Assembly (NCBI GenBank): GCA_951406725.2
Contig: OX597818.1
Coordinates: 80,042,001 to 80,106,000 of the forward strand
Origin: Octopus vulgaris
Lineage: Eukaryota
Reading direction: 5' to 3'
Length of the DNA stretch: 64,000 bases
The translations under genes and the position numbers were made by a program. Positions 52,533-64,000 of the stretch are shown here, in pieces. The notes under the pieces were generated by a model, which was not told where the DNA came from, did not search any database, and saw only the letters and a program-made list of their open reading frames with translations. Within the stretch, counting starts at the first letter, position 1, and every line of letters starts with the position of its first letter.

Positions 52533-54460
52533 TAAATATATATTTATATTATGTATACACACACATAAAATTTTTGGAACAAATTCTTGATGTATTCACA
52601 ATACTTGAAGAAAGATTTTCATAAATCAATAGTTATGAATCCTTGACTAGGCAGTGTGTTACATTCTACAGCAAAAGACTTTCACATTGCTCTAACCCAT
52701 TCAGCTGTAAAAAAAATAACCCTACAATGGACTGGCACTGCAATCAGGGGAGATGGTCACTTATACACCACGAAAATGAGTAACCAGCCTTATCAGTCCT
52801 ACAATTTGAGGTAGTAATGTCCAGGGGTTGTCAATAATGATGATGATGATGACAATGATGTTATGCATATAAGCATAATTTTGTATAAAGTTGCTATTTA
52901 TATAAGAACTAAAAATACAAGAGGCGTTATCTACCAAAAGACAATGACACAGAAAATATCATAAGGACTACAACACTAAGAGAGTATTATCTACATTTTT
53001 AAAAAATTTGTTTCACTAAAATGTGGCAACAAAATTGCTTTAAATAACTAACATTTCTGTTTTGTATCATTGTACTAACTACTTCACTATGGTCACAGAT
53101 AACTGACTATTGTTTGATTAGCCAATGTTAGAAGCTACGTGAGATTGGTAATATCAATTAGAAACATTTGATTTATAAATATTGATTTCTAACATTAGTA
53201 TAAGTCTGGAAAATTTTGGACTAGGTATAACACTGTGTAACAAAATTCTTATGTTATTTTGTCTTTGGTCATTAAATGTTATTTCCTATTCGCTTCTATC
53301 TAGAAATCAAAAGAAATGACTACTATTCCCTTCCAATTCTGCTTTTGTGACCTGGACATTAATGTTTTCAAACTGACCTATTTCCCATTACATTTCAGAC
53401 AGATTCAGCACTGAGTTACTGAAGCAGAAATATCATAATAGTAAATGTTCTGCTCAATAACAAAGATTTGTTTTGTCAGTTGTTTTGACCTTAACCACTT
53501 GAGCATGTCCCTTAGTGGCTGACAATATGTGCATCTCTAATCATGAACAGGAGTAGTTGGGGAGCATCATAGCCATGTGCTGATATGGATTCTTTGGGGT
53601 TTGAATGAATGTAACAAAAGCAAACTTTGAGGAAATATTAGCCAGCTTTCATACTTTCTAGGGGTAAGCAAATAGGAAATAACAATGACTACCCAAGGAC
53701 AAAAATTGTGTGTTACACAATGTAATTAATAAAATCAACTCCAGTATTTCACAAGTACTTTATTCCATGAAACCTTGAAGGATAATATTACTAGAATGAG
53801 ATGTTCAAGCGCAGCTGTTTGGACGTTGACAATTTGGCATTGCTGACTGGGCTGTCAGTCTGATTTGGCATCAGTACCTTTTTGGCAATGGAGGAAACAC
53901 ACACAAGTGCACACAGAAATATACATATGCAGATAGAAAGAGTGGTAGAAAGAGCTGGAAAAGAGAGACATTACAATTTATCAATTGTAAATTGTAGCTT
54001 TGTTCTTCGAACTGCCAGACTTTGGAATTCTCTTCCATTGTTTTCCTCTTTCATATGACCTGAACTCTTTCAAGTCATAAGCCAATTCATTCCTTTCGTC
54101 TTCATTTCTCCTTCTTCATAGCCCCAAACACTAAGTGGCTTCTTGCTCTGATTTGAACTTTCTTAAAATAAAAAAAAAATTGAACACAACTGACATAAAC
54201 GCGTTCTCTCTCCTCATGCACATGAAGAGAAATATATACCACACATAAACAGAGACAGACAGAAAGTGAGAAGGCTGAAGAGAATAAGAAAAACATTAAA
54301 ACGTCTGATGTCAAATAAGTCAGCATTGGATCAGCAGTGCCAAAATGGCTGTGCCAAAACCTCTCAAAATCTGAAAATACATAGTTGACTTTGGTAAGAC
54401 TTGAACTCAGAACAGAAAAAGGTGGTCAACTAAATGATAAAAAGCATTTTGTGCATCACT

Positions 54461-54575
54461 CTAATTTGTTTTTGAAACGTAAGCACCTTTGGGTGGTTTA
54501 GGAAGAATGGCAGGATCCAGACCTGCTGTCTTCATTTGAACTGCAATATCAAAAAGATAATCGTAGCACTCACAC
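54461..54575 (-). CDS. APIP: APIP last coding exon with stop
   Basis: ctcag|(M)CECYDYLFDIAVQMKTAGLDPAILPKPPKGAYVSKTN*; phase 2 acceptor. Confidence 0.95.
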
Positions 54576-55368
54576 CTGAGAAAAAAGAAAGAAAGAGAAA
54601 AGTGAAATTTAATGATAACTTAATGAGACAGGTTGATTTAGAATTAAAATTGTCTTTATATATCCTTTTACCTTTTTAACCTTCTACTTGTTTAAGTCAC
54701 TGGACTGCAGTCATGCAAGGGCATCACTTGAAGGGTTTTAGTCAAAGGAATTGCCCCAGTACTTATTTTTTTAAAGCCTGGTACTAATTCTATCAATCTT
54801 CTTTGCCAAACCAATAAGTTACAAGGATATAAACAAACCAACACTAGTTGTCAAGCTATTGATGGGGGACAAACACAAAGAGAGACACACAGATATATAC
54901 ATATATATACAACAGGCTTCTCTCTGTTTCCATCTACCACATCCTCTCACTTGACTTTGGTTGGCCAAAGACACTGACCCAATGTGTCACACAGTGAGAC
55001 TGAACCTAGAACCATGTAGATTGGAATCAAACTTCTTACCACACAGCCACTATCGTCATCATTATCATTTTGTGTCCATTTTTCCATGCTTACATGGGTT
55101 ACATAGAATTTGTTGAGTTGGATGCCCTTACTGTCACCAACCCTTACCTGTTTCCAAGATAAATATTTCCTCATGGCCAGACATATTTATCATGGAAGAC
55201 AGGAAATGGACAACATCATTCTTACGATTCTGACACTTGCTTACAACCACTGCATGATGTCAAGATAAGGGTACACACAAAAGCAGACACACACCAACAG
55301 TTACTTTAAAACAAACTAATCCATTCTCTGGAACAAAAAACAAAAAGAGACAAAATCCAAAAACTTAC

Positions 55369-55475
55369 ATGGATTTAGCTTGCTGCCATGTTTTACCCCA
55401 TACATAAACTCCATGCCTTCGGACAAGAACAGCACATGTTTCTGGATAGTCTAGTATAGCCTGAGCCATAGCATC
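55369..55475 (-). CDS. APIP: APIP exon with the third Zn-binding His
   Basis: ctgcag|[35 protein letters not shown]|gtaagt; phase 0 to 2. Confidence 0.97.
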
Positions 55476-55599
55476 CTGCAGAAGTAATAGAAATATATAA
55501 AGTGTATTAAGATGATAATTTTCCATACTATTATCTTATATTTACGATATTTATACAGGAATGTGGCAAATAAGCCTCTCATATTTTACATGGCCAAGA

Positions 55600-56120
55600 A
55601 TGGTGAATTTGGTTGGTGTCATAACAGGTTGAGGGTTCCTCTGGCAGGTTGTTGATTCTCTGCAGAATAGTCAGATGATGGGGCTGCCATCTTGGTGGCA
55701 AGCCGACATGCTGTGCATCACCATTAGTTTCAAAACTCCCCAGGAGACCAGCTAGCCAAGGGTAGCCCTACCAGGAGCAAAGCTCCAGACAGTAACACAC
55801 ACTTGAATCTAAGAAATATGCAAGCCTCCTCACCACATCTAGGTCAAACCCAAGGCTTTTCTTTCATTTAACACAGCAGCTGCATGCTGGAAGAGGCCTT
55901 GTGGCAGGCCCCACATCAAATGGCTGGATATGTTTGTGGAAGATCTCCAGAAGCTTATCACCTTAAAGAATGCAGAGGAGCTAGCACAGGACCACCAACG
56001 ATGGAGAGCACTGGTGGACCTGGTCAGCTCTATGCATGAAAATGTCTCTGAGACCACTGGTCAGCTCTATGCATGATGATGTCTCTGAGATGACCCCATC
56101 AAGCAAGAGCATGACGCCAA
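55600..56120 (+). mobile_element. RTE-derived short element (5'-like part fused to 3' end)
   Basis: GRPHIKWLDMFVEDLQ...AEELAQDHQRWRALV; short terminal duplication at 56020-56092. Confidence 0.55.
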
Positions 56121-56371
56121 GCCAAGAAGCAAAAATGGTGAACCTGGAGGGCCATTTTGCCACACTTACTCTGTAGCTACATTCCAGTTCAATATGTATG
56201 ATTTCATGTCATCATTATCATTGTATGTCTTATTCCTGGATATCTACATGATCCCCAAACTGAACTCAAAGTGGGAACTTTTGTTTCTAAATTTGTAGTT
56301 GTCATTGTCATTTAACATTCATCTTCAATGATAGCATAGTTCAACACAGTCCAACATTTACATGAATTGCA

Positions 56372-56529
56372 CAGGAGTGGCTGTGTGGTAGGTAGCTTGC
56401 TTACCAACCACATGGTCATGGGTTCAGTCCCACTGCATGAGACCTTGGACAAGTGTCTTCTACTATAGCCTCAGGCCAATCAAAGCCTTGTGAGTGGATT
56501 TGGGAGACGGAAACTGGAAGAAGCCCATC

Positions 56530-56567
<38 letters not shown>

Positions 56568-56775
56568 TTATGTGTCCATGTTTGTCCCCCCAACATCGCT
56601 TGGCAACCGATGTTGGTGTATTTACGTCCCCGTAACTTTGCGGTTCAGCAAAAAAGACTGATAGAATAAGTACTAGGCTTACACAGAATAAGCTCTGGGG
56701 TCGATTTGCTCAACTAAAGGCAGTGCTCCAGCATGGCTGCAGTTAAATTACTGAAACAAGTCAAACATAAAAAAT
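56372..56775 (+). mobile_element. SINE family B, full-length reference copy
   Basis: GGAGTGGCTGTGTGGTA A-box, GGTTCAGTCCC B-box, CCTTGGACAAGTG core, internal (GT)n, GAAACAAGT tail. Confidence 0.9.
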
Positions 56776-58099
56776 AAAAGACCCAATGTCTGTTTTGGTA
56801 CAGCTTTCTATGGTTAAAAGCTCTTCCCAATACCAACCACTTTACAAAGGGTACCATTGGGATGGTTATATGGATAATAATGCAAATAACCATGTACAAA
56901 TAGCCTGGTGAACCTTAGTTTAGAAATAAATGTCCCTAGTCTGAATCTAATCTGGATCTGTGAATAAGACATCTGATGACAATTGAAGCCCAAACCAAAT
57001 AAAAGATAATAATCCAAAGAGGATTGTGTTAATAATAACAATTCTCTCAGACATTTATCCCTTTTAATACCAACTTGCCTGAGACCATTGCTAGTTCTAT
57101 GATACAAACTTACTGTCTTAAAGTGGTCTAAATTAAGAACTTCCCTCAAAATTCCATCTTAGTTTATGTTCCAAACACCAGCTTAATAATGATAAAGATA
57201 TTTTACTAAATTCTTCATTGTTTCCAAAATTTATTGAAACAAAGGCAGTGTATTCCGATAGAAATATGGTAACAAAAACAGTTAATAATGACAAAGTTAT
57301 TTTACAAAATACTTTATTTTGAAAGTTGATTGAAACAAAAGTAGAGTATTTCAACAAAAATGTAGCAAAAGAGTTAAAGGTTTAGACAGTAAATACATCT
57401 TATTCACAAATTCACAATGTAGTTATGCCAACACAGATGATTACATGGTTACATAGAAGTTCATCTTTGGTACAATTTCAATTCAATATATTTCCCAAGA
57501 GTTATAAAATCTTCACTACTTCACTCCACATCTTCCTGCGTCCCTCTCTTCCAAAGGTTCCATACAAATTTAGTGAATGGCAGCTGCCCTAATTCATACA
57601 CATGATCATACTAGTGTAATTCTTCTTATACACTAGAATTGATACCTCTTACACCCAGTTTATCTCTCAACACATTTGCACTTTATTGTACATGCACACA
57701 GACATTGAGCATCTGACATAGTATGCTAGCTTCATTTCTTTCTAGTCTTTGCAGGACTTCTGCATTCACAACACATATTCCACTAAACTTTCTCTAGCCA
57801 GTTTGGATTCCAGCAACTATACTTTCAGTAAATCTTCCTCCACAAATTATCTACTACCTTTAACAATCTGCCAAACCATTCAAGAAAACTATCTCCCATG
57901 TGTTCTTAATATTTATTGCTCCTGTGTATTTTCCACAAACAAAATCCATATTACCCCTATGTATTTTCCACAAACAAAATCTATTTTCTCTGTTAATCTC
58001 CCAGTGATTCCACTGCACCTCTTGTATGTCCATAGTTTGCACTAAGCATACCATATGGAATTTCTGTCTATACTTTTTCCTACTGATTAGGAATTTGGG

Positions 58100-58625
58100 G
58101 TTTTTTAAAGGTTCTTTGATTTAGGGTTTTGCTTCCACACCTGGAATTTCTTTTTTACTACAAATTCAGTTATACAGACAATATCTCGGCATAGAGGAGT
58201 CTCCACAGCAACAAACCTGAAACTCCTGCTATAGCTTGAAGGACAATGATAAAACAGGAAGGGATTGAGAGCTAAGCCTTGGTGAACTCCTACCAACATA
58301 CTAAATCTGTTACTGTACCCATTACTAACACTAACCTTACTGACAGTACCCCTGTACATGGCTTGGACAACTCTTACCATTTATCTACACCTAACTTCTT
58401 CATCAAGCACCAGATCAGGGAACAGGAGGCCCTGTCAGTTACTTTCTCTAGAACAATGAAAGCCAAGTACAGCAGTTTACAATTTCCTAAATACTTCTCC
58501 TGTAGTTGTCTTATTAGGCAGAGAGCATCAGTTCTACTTCACCCAAACACAAAACCAAACTGCATCTCATCTAGCCAAATTCTCTTCATAATTATTGGTG
58601 TTATAACTCTTTCTGTAACTTTCAT
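58100..58625 (-). mobile_element. RTE LINE reverse-transcriptase fragment
   Basis: EMQFGF...TDALCLIRQLQEKY...LYLAF...; VGVHQGLALNPFLF. Confidence 0.8.
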
Positions 58626-59432
58626 ATACCTGTGTGTGTGTGAGGGCATGTGACTTAGTAGTTAGGACATTCAGCTCACAATTGTAAGGTTGTGAGTTCA
58701 ATTACTTGATGTGAAATTACACAGCTGGCAAAAATGAGTAGTGCCTACATTTCAAAGAGCCAGCCTTGTTACACTCTGTGTCACGCTGAATCTTCCTGAG
58801 AATTACATTAAGGGTACACATGTCTGAGGAGCACTCAGCCACTTGCATGCTAATTTTGTGGGCAGGCTGTTCCATTGATCAGATCAACTGGAACCCTTGT
58901 TGCCATAACCAAAAGAGAGACAGTGAAAAAAAAAACACACACACACACACAAGCATTCATGCATGTGTGCATGTTGTATGTGCATGTGCCTGCCTGCCTG
59001 TTTGTCTGTCTGTCTGTGAAGGTGGTTGAAAGGATAGGTGGATACCAGAAATATTTTTAATGAATATGTGTGTTTAATCTACTTTAATATCTAACTTCAA
59101 AGCTTTTTTCCCTCTGAAATATTCAAAAGTTCAAGGGCTGATCACTAACAAGAACCTCAATCTGATCCAATTCCATATCTTATTTTAAAATCTGATCTCC
59201 CAAGAATACTTCACCACTAGAAACCACTAAGAAAAATTTGAAATCGGTCTCTGCTCAGAGTCTTAGGATTTTTTTTTTTAGGTAAAGTATAATAGTTTTA
59301 TTTCTGTGATGAAGCAAACTCCTTCTCCAGTTGGTGTGACTGATTTGAAAGTGAGATGGAGATCTGTTGAATCAGATCAAGAATGATCTGAGGCTAAAAA
59401 AACAACAAGTTTAAACTGCTTAAAAGTCTCAC

Positions 59433-59506
59433 CTTCAGGTCCACTTCAAATGGAGTATTCTCAATTATAGGGACCACTAACAGCTCATTATAGTTATAAT
59501 TAACAT
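59433..59506 (-). CDS. APIP: APIP exon
   Basis: tttcag|VNYNYNELLVVPIIENTPFEVDLK|gtgaga; phase 1 to 0. Confidence 0.95.
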
Positions 59507-60679
59507 CTGAAATGAATAAAATATCTCCGTTAAAGCATAAACAACATGTAATATGAAGTTTGTACAGAATGCATAACTGTGCAAAACAGACAATACACAC
59601 ATGCATACATGTGTGTGTGTGTGCATATGTATATACTTATATATAGATAGATATAGATATTTTTATATATATATATATGACCTGTCCTTGTTTTTTCTTG
59701 TCCCTTTTTTGTATCATCTGTTTGGATGACGTGTTGTCCCTTTTTTGAATCATCTAACTGTCTGGATGTTTTGCGTTCTTGTCCCATTTTTTGTATTCTT
59801 TTTTTATATACATATAGCAACATACATACACTTTAGTCTCTTATATGTAAGTACAAATGTAAGTACAGAATTAATTATCCTTATAAAAATATCAATTTAT
59901 TTGCTTTTACAGTTTGCTGCTGTGCTACAAATATCCAAAATCGATTATATTCATATAACTTTCCAACAGAATTTCAATAATACATTCCTACTACAGACAT
60001 AATCTATACCTAGCATTAATAACTACTTTATTAATTAATATTCATTAAGGTAATTATGTATCCTACATTCACCAGTTGTTATACCTTTTCCACAATGGCT
60101 TCACTGGTCAATTCAGTTCATAAAAATTATGGAAAGAAAAGATACACCCCACCACTGAAGTCAACTTAGCACCATTTACCTGAACACAAACATCTGGGTA
60201 TTTGTACAGGAACTTCTCAACAACCAGAAGTCACCCATTAGGGTAAGGGTTAGGGTTAGGGTTCAGCAAAACTTCAGCAAAACCCTCTACATCATGCCCT
60301 ACAGTATGTGAACATATGCCCTCTCAAGGTCTATAAAACAAATACACACCTCTTGGCAATATTCCTACATAGTAGAGTGGAGAGCTGACAGAACCATTAT
60401 CATGTCAGCCAAAATGCTTAGTGGTATGTCATCCATCTTTATGTTCTGAATTCAAATTTTACCAAGGTGAACTTTGCTTTTCATCCTTTTAGGACTAATA
60501 AAATAAGTACCAGTTGAGCATGAAGTCAATGTAATTTGACTTCCTCCATCCACCCAACCCCCTCCAATCATGCTGGCCTTGTGCCAGAATCTGAAACCAA
60601 TATTCTTACCTCCAACTCATGCCAGCATGGAAAACAGACGTTAAATGACGACGACGATGACGATGATGATGATGATGCT

Positions 60680-60960
60680 TGGCTCATCAGAAGGTGATCT
60701 CCAGCATACACTGAATAGGTTCACATGCTAAATAGGTTCAAATGTGGCAAGACAGGGATGTGTATTAGATTTTCAAAGACTGAGACATTGGTGCTCTCGA
60801 GAAAGTCTTCCCAGTACATTCTGTATGTTAGTGGAACATCCCTGAAACATGTGGAGAAATTTAATTATCTCAAGTCCATCTTCATGAGTGACAGAAGGCA
60901 GGAAGCTGAATTGGATGCAAGAATTGCTGGTGTTGGCACAGTAATGTGCTAGCTTCAGCA
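60680..60960 (+). mobile_element. RTE LINE fragment
   Basis: GMCIRFSKTETLV...HVEKFNYLKS...ELDARIA. Confidence 0.65.
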
Positions 60961-61225
60961 TTTGATCCTCAGAAGAGGGGAGGTTAACAGACTCCACTAC
61001 TTCACTCCACATTTTCCTGGGTCCCTCCACTATTTTCAAGCAGTCTTGTCTTTCAAGATACATAGTGATCTCCTAACTAGCACTGGCTGTCGTGGACAAT
61101 GCTGTCAAACTATCCAACCCATGCCAGCACAGGAAAACAGACATTAAATGATGATGAAAATGACACCCAAAAAAAATGAAAAATGGGACATCAATTTGAA
61201 ACTAAAGATAAGATTTTCAACATAC

Positions 61226-61348
61226 TTGATTTACATTTCTTGATCCCTTTGATCATTTCCAGGCCAGTGACGAGAAACTCTGTTCCAGGGAATGACAACG
61301 TTGCCATCACAGCAAACTTTGAATGTGTGTGAATCACAGCACCAGCAT
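61226..61348 (-). CDS. APIP: APIP exon (HTH Zn ligands, catalytic Glu)
   Basis: ttgcag|[40 protein letters not shown]|gtatgt; phase 1 to 1. Confidence 0.97.
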
Positions 61349-61689
61349 CTGCAACAATACAGTATGGTAATTATTAAACAAAGGTCTGATGAAAGCAAAA
61401 ACAAAGTCATAGTCGTAGATCTGAAGACTCTATAGTAAAGATTTCCACTGAGGTTGGACATCAGTCACATTAGACACATCAATCACATCAATCTCATAAG
61501 TCTAAGAAAACTGGTAAATGTCATGGACATTTCACATCTTCCTCAAATTTTAAACCATTTATACTCACTCAAAATTTCACTACCCTTAACTGTGGAAAGC
61601 AGTTTTATATACCAGTTTCTCTTCCGTTAAGAAATGTCATGTTTGAGACTAATATTTATATAATAATGAACTTATTGTATACATTGCTC

Positions 61690-62180
61690 AGATGCACTAA
61701 AACTCATGAGAAAAAGTAGCCAAAGTGCATGAACAGTACATGGAACAATGCATAGGAAGTGAGTCATTTAAGAAAAAAAACAAAGAAGTAAAAATAGGAA
61801 GGGCAAATTTTGGGAAGCATGGAAGTTTTGAAGGATGTAGTATCCTGACAGCTAACAAGTGACATGGGTCAGCAATTCTGAGCATGAAAAGATGTTTCCA
61901 AAAGTCAAGGGTGCCGTGTAGATTTTTTTTTAATTTTGTAAGCATGTCGACAATTATTAGATAAATGCAATTCAAAAAGGTGCCCGAGGTTGTTGTTGGA
62001 AAGATGGTGGATAATCTTGTGGGTCTCAACCAAATTAGTTGCCAAACACTGGAGCTTTGATGTGAAGCGCGCTGTTCAGAGTATGGTAGATGCCTGACAG
62101 TGGGTATTCGTCTGGCTGCATGTTTCTGAACAGTTTCCAAGAGATTGATATCCTGAGTATATGTTAAGTTCATTGAAGCG
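61690..62180 (-). mobile_element. Degraded CR1-like LINE 3' fragment
   Basis: QDINLLETVQKHAARRIPTVRHLPYSEQR. Confidence 0.7.
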
Positions 62181-63645
62181 ACATGGCTTACTGAAGGTAC
62201 CCATTCTACTTTTTGGTAGATATTTCATGTCATTACTAGAATAACCACGAAATTTGATTTCCCAGTTAAACAGTTAGATAAGAAAAAGAAAAGAAAATAT
62301 ATACATCAATGTAGATCAGTACTGGAGAAAGTTTTTATGTCTGAAGACCTCATTAGATTAAGAGAGAAGGAAATTTTATTAAATACATATAAAAATATAA
62401 TTTATATTTATGACGAAAATAAAATTATAAATAAAAATGTATATTGACCTTTTGATGACATAATGCACATGCACACCTACACACACATACATACATTACA
62501 TTTCCTGGCTAATGCATGTACAAAAATTTTAGGTGAAATCATGGCTGTGCCATTAAAAATCTTACTTTGCAATCATGCAGTTTTGGGTGCTGTCCTCCTG
62601 CACAGCACCTGAGCAAGTATCTTCTATTATAGCCTCAATCCACCCAACACCTTGCATGTGCGTGTGTGAGTGTGTGTGTGTGTGTGTGTGTGATATTTGT
62701 ACATGAGTGTCACTACCATACAAGCTGTGTCATTAATTTTCAATGTTCTGTGAAAACGTGGTTATAGTGAATTATTACTTTTCTTGGAAAAGGTAAAGGT
62801 GGGTGTTGGAAAAGCATCTGGCTGTGGTAAAATCTGTCTCAATAAACTCCATCAGACCCTTCCAAGCATGAAAAAGTGAATGTTAAAATGATGACGATGA
62901 TGATGATGATTGGAGTATTAAATAGAATGCCCTGTTGTCTCAACACCCTGAGTTCAAATCCTATTGAGGTCAGTCTTTTTATCCTTTTAAGGTTGATAAA
63001 ATTGTACCAATCCAGGGTAATGGATTGATGGGACTATTAGAGAGTCAGATCAAGATACCTTGTGGTATCTCCTTCAGTTCTTTGCATTCTGATAGCAATG
63101 TAACTAGTAATATTGGTGTAAACTTGCATCAAATTGGCTCAGTGGCTTTTCCCTTAAACATCAGTGGTATAGAGAAAGGAGATTTGCATTCATAGGTAAG
63201 GCTGATGCTAGGAAGTTCGGGGTTCAATCAGAGAATTGTCAGTGGAACCCTCTACACTACAAAAGTTGAAGAATGATATTTTATGTATCATGTAGTATGG
63301 CAGTCCCAGCCAAAAAGCACTGAGGGCTTGAAGCTCCACCATTAGCCACAATGATGTACTAAAAATTTGTCATGTTGACCTCCACTTGAGCATGTGCGTG
63401 GAGCCCTCTCTTGGCATGGGGTCCAGTCTGAACAACCTTGTTCATAGGACAACTGCCAGTCTTCTTCAAAAGATCATTCCCAGGCCTCAGCATTCATGTG
63501 CAGAAATAGGATCAACCATAGCTGATTGAGGCCCTAGGTAAAAGTGAACTTGATTTTATAACAATGGTAATGTTAATGATAATGGTAATGTCAATACATA
63601 CACAACTAACAGAAATACTTTAAAAAATTGGACAATGTGTCTTAC

Positions 63646-63763
63646 CTCTTATTGTAAAGGCATTCATAAACAAGGGAGTGCATTGAGAAATCTTCAACTT
63701 TTTGGGAGGTGGCGGCTCCTCAGTTATCTCCCCATCAATATTCACAATAAACAGATCTTCAGA
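63646..63763 (-). CDS. APIP: APIP exon (SQCTPLF motif); the gene continues beyond the window
   Basis: ttgtag|[39 protein letters not shown]|gtaaga; phase 0 to 1. Confidence 0.96.
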
Positions 63764-64000
63764 CTACAAAATATAAAGTTATACAGGTTTGTTAGTCTTT
63801 TATTTTTTTCATTCAAGGAATCAGATTTGTAGGAACACAAAATAGGAATTTAGAACATTCATACTTTTCCCAGAAGAGTAACTTAAGTAAGTAATTGCAT
63901 ATAAGGGAAATGAAAATGGCTTATTCCAGAATTTGAACTAGGGTTACTGATTTATCTAGCCAGCAGTTTACTTCAACTTCATAATAGTAACTGAGATACT

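Overview
AT-rich, microsatellite- and SINE-dense eukaryotic DNA; the SINE families and repeat landscape look like Octopus (inference). Two convergent multi-exon genes were reconstructed by hand with consistent GT-AG splice phases. On + are the last 9 coding exons (991-31458) of a SCUBE gene (basic spacer helix, three Cys-rich GCC2/GCC3 repeats, CUB domain, stop). On - are the last 5 coding exons (63763-54461) of APIP/MtnB (methylthioribulose-1-phosphate dehydratase). Almost all ORFs in the supplied track are microsatellite or transposon artefacts. The rest is SINEs, Tx1/L1, CR1 and RTE LINE fragments, mariner, pogo, Merlin-like and hAT non-autonomous elements, Helitrons and two candidate solo LTRs. 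The most notable unexplained signal is at least eight type-I hammerhead-ribozyme-like motifs with different palindromic helix III sequences. Two sit in a ~300-bp tandem array (retrozyme-like) antisense in a SCUBE intron, and five cluster among (TA)n tracts in the intergenic region. A second signal is a CpG-decay boundary near 47 kb, consistent with a methylated APIP domain next to an unmethylated SCUBE domain. All coordinates were counted by eye and repeat edges are approximate.
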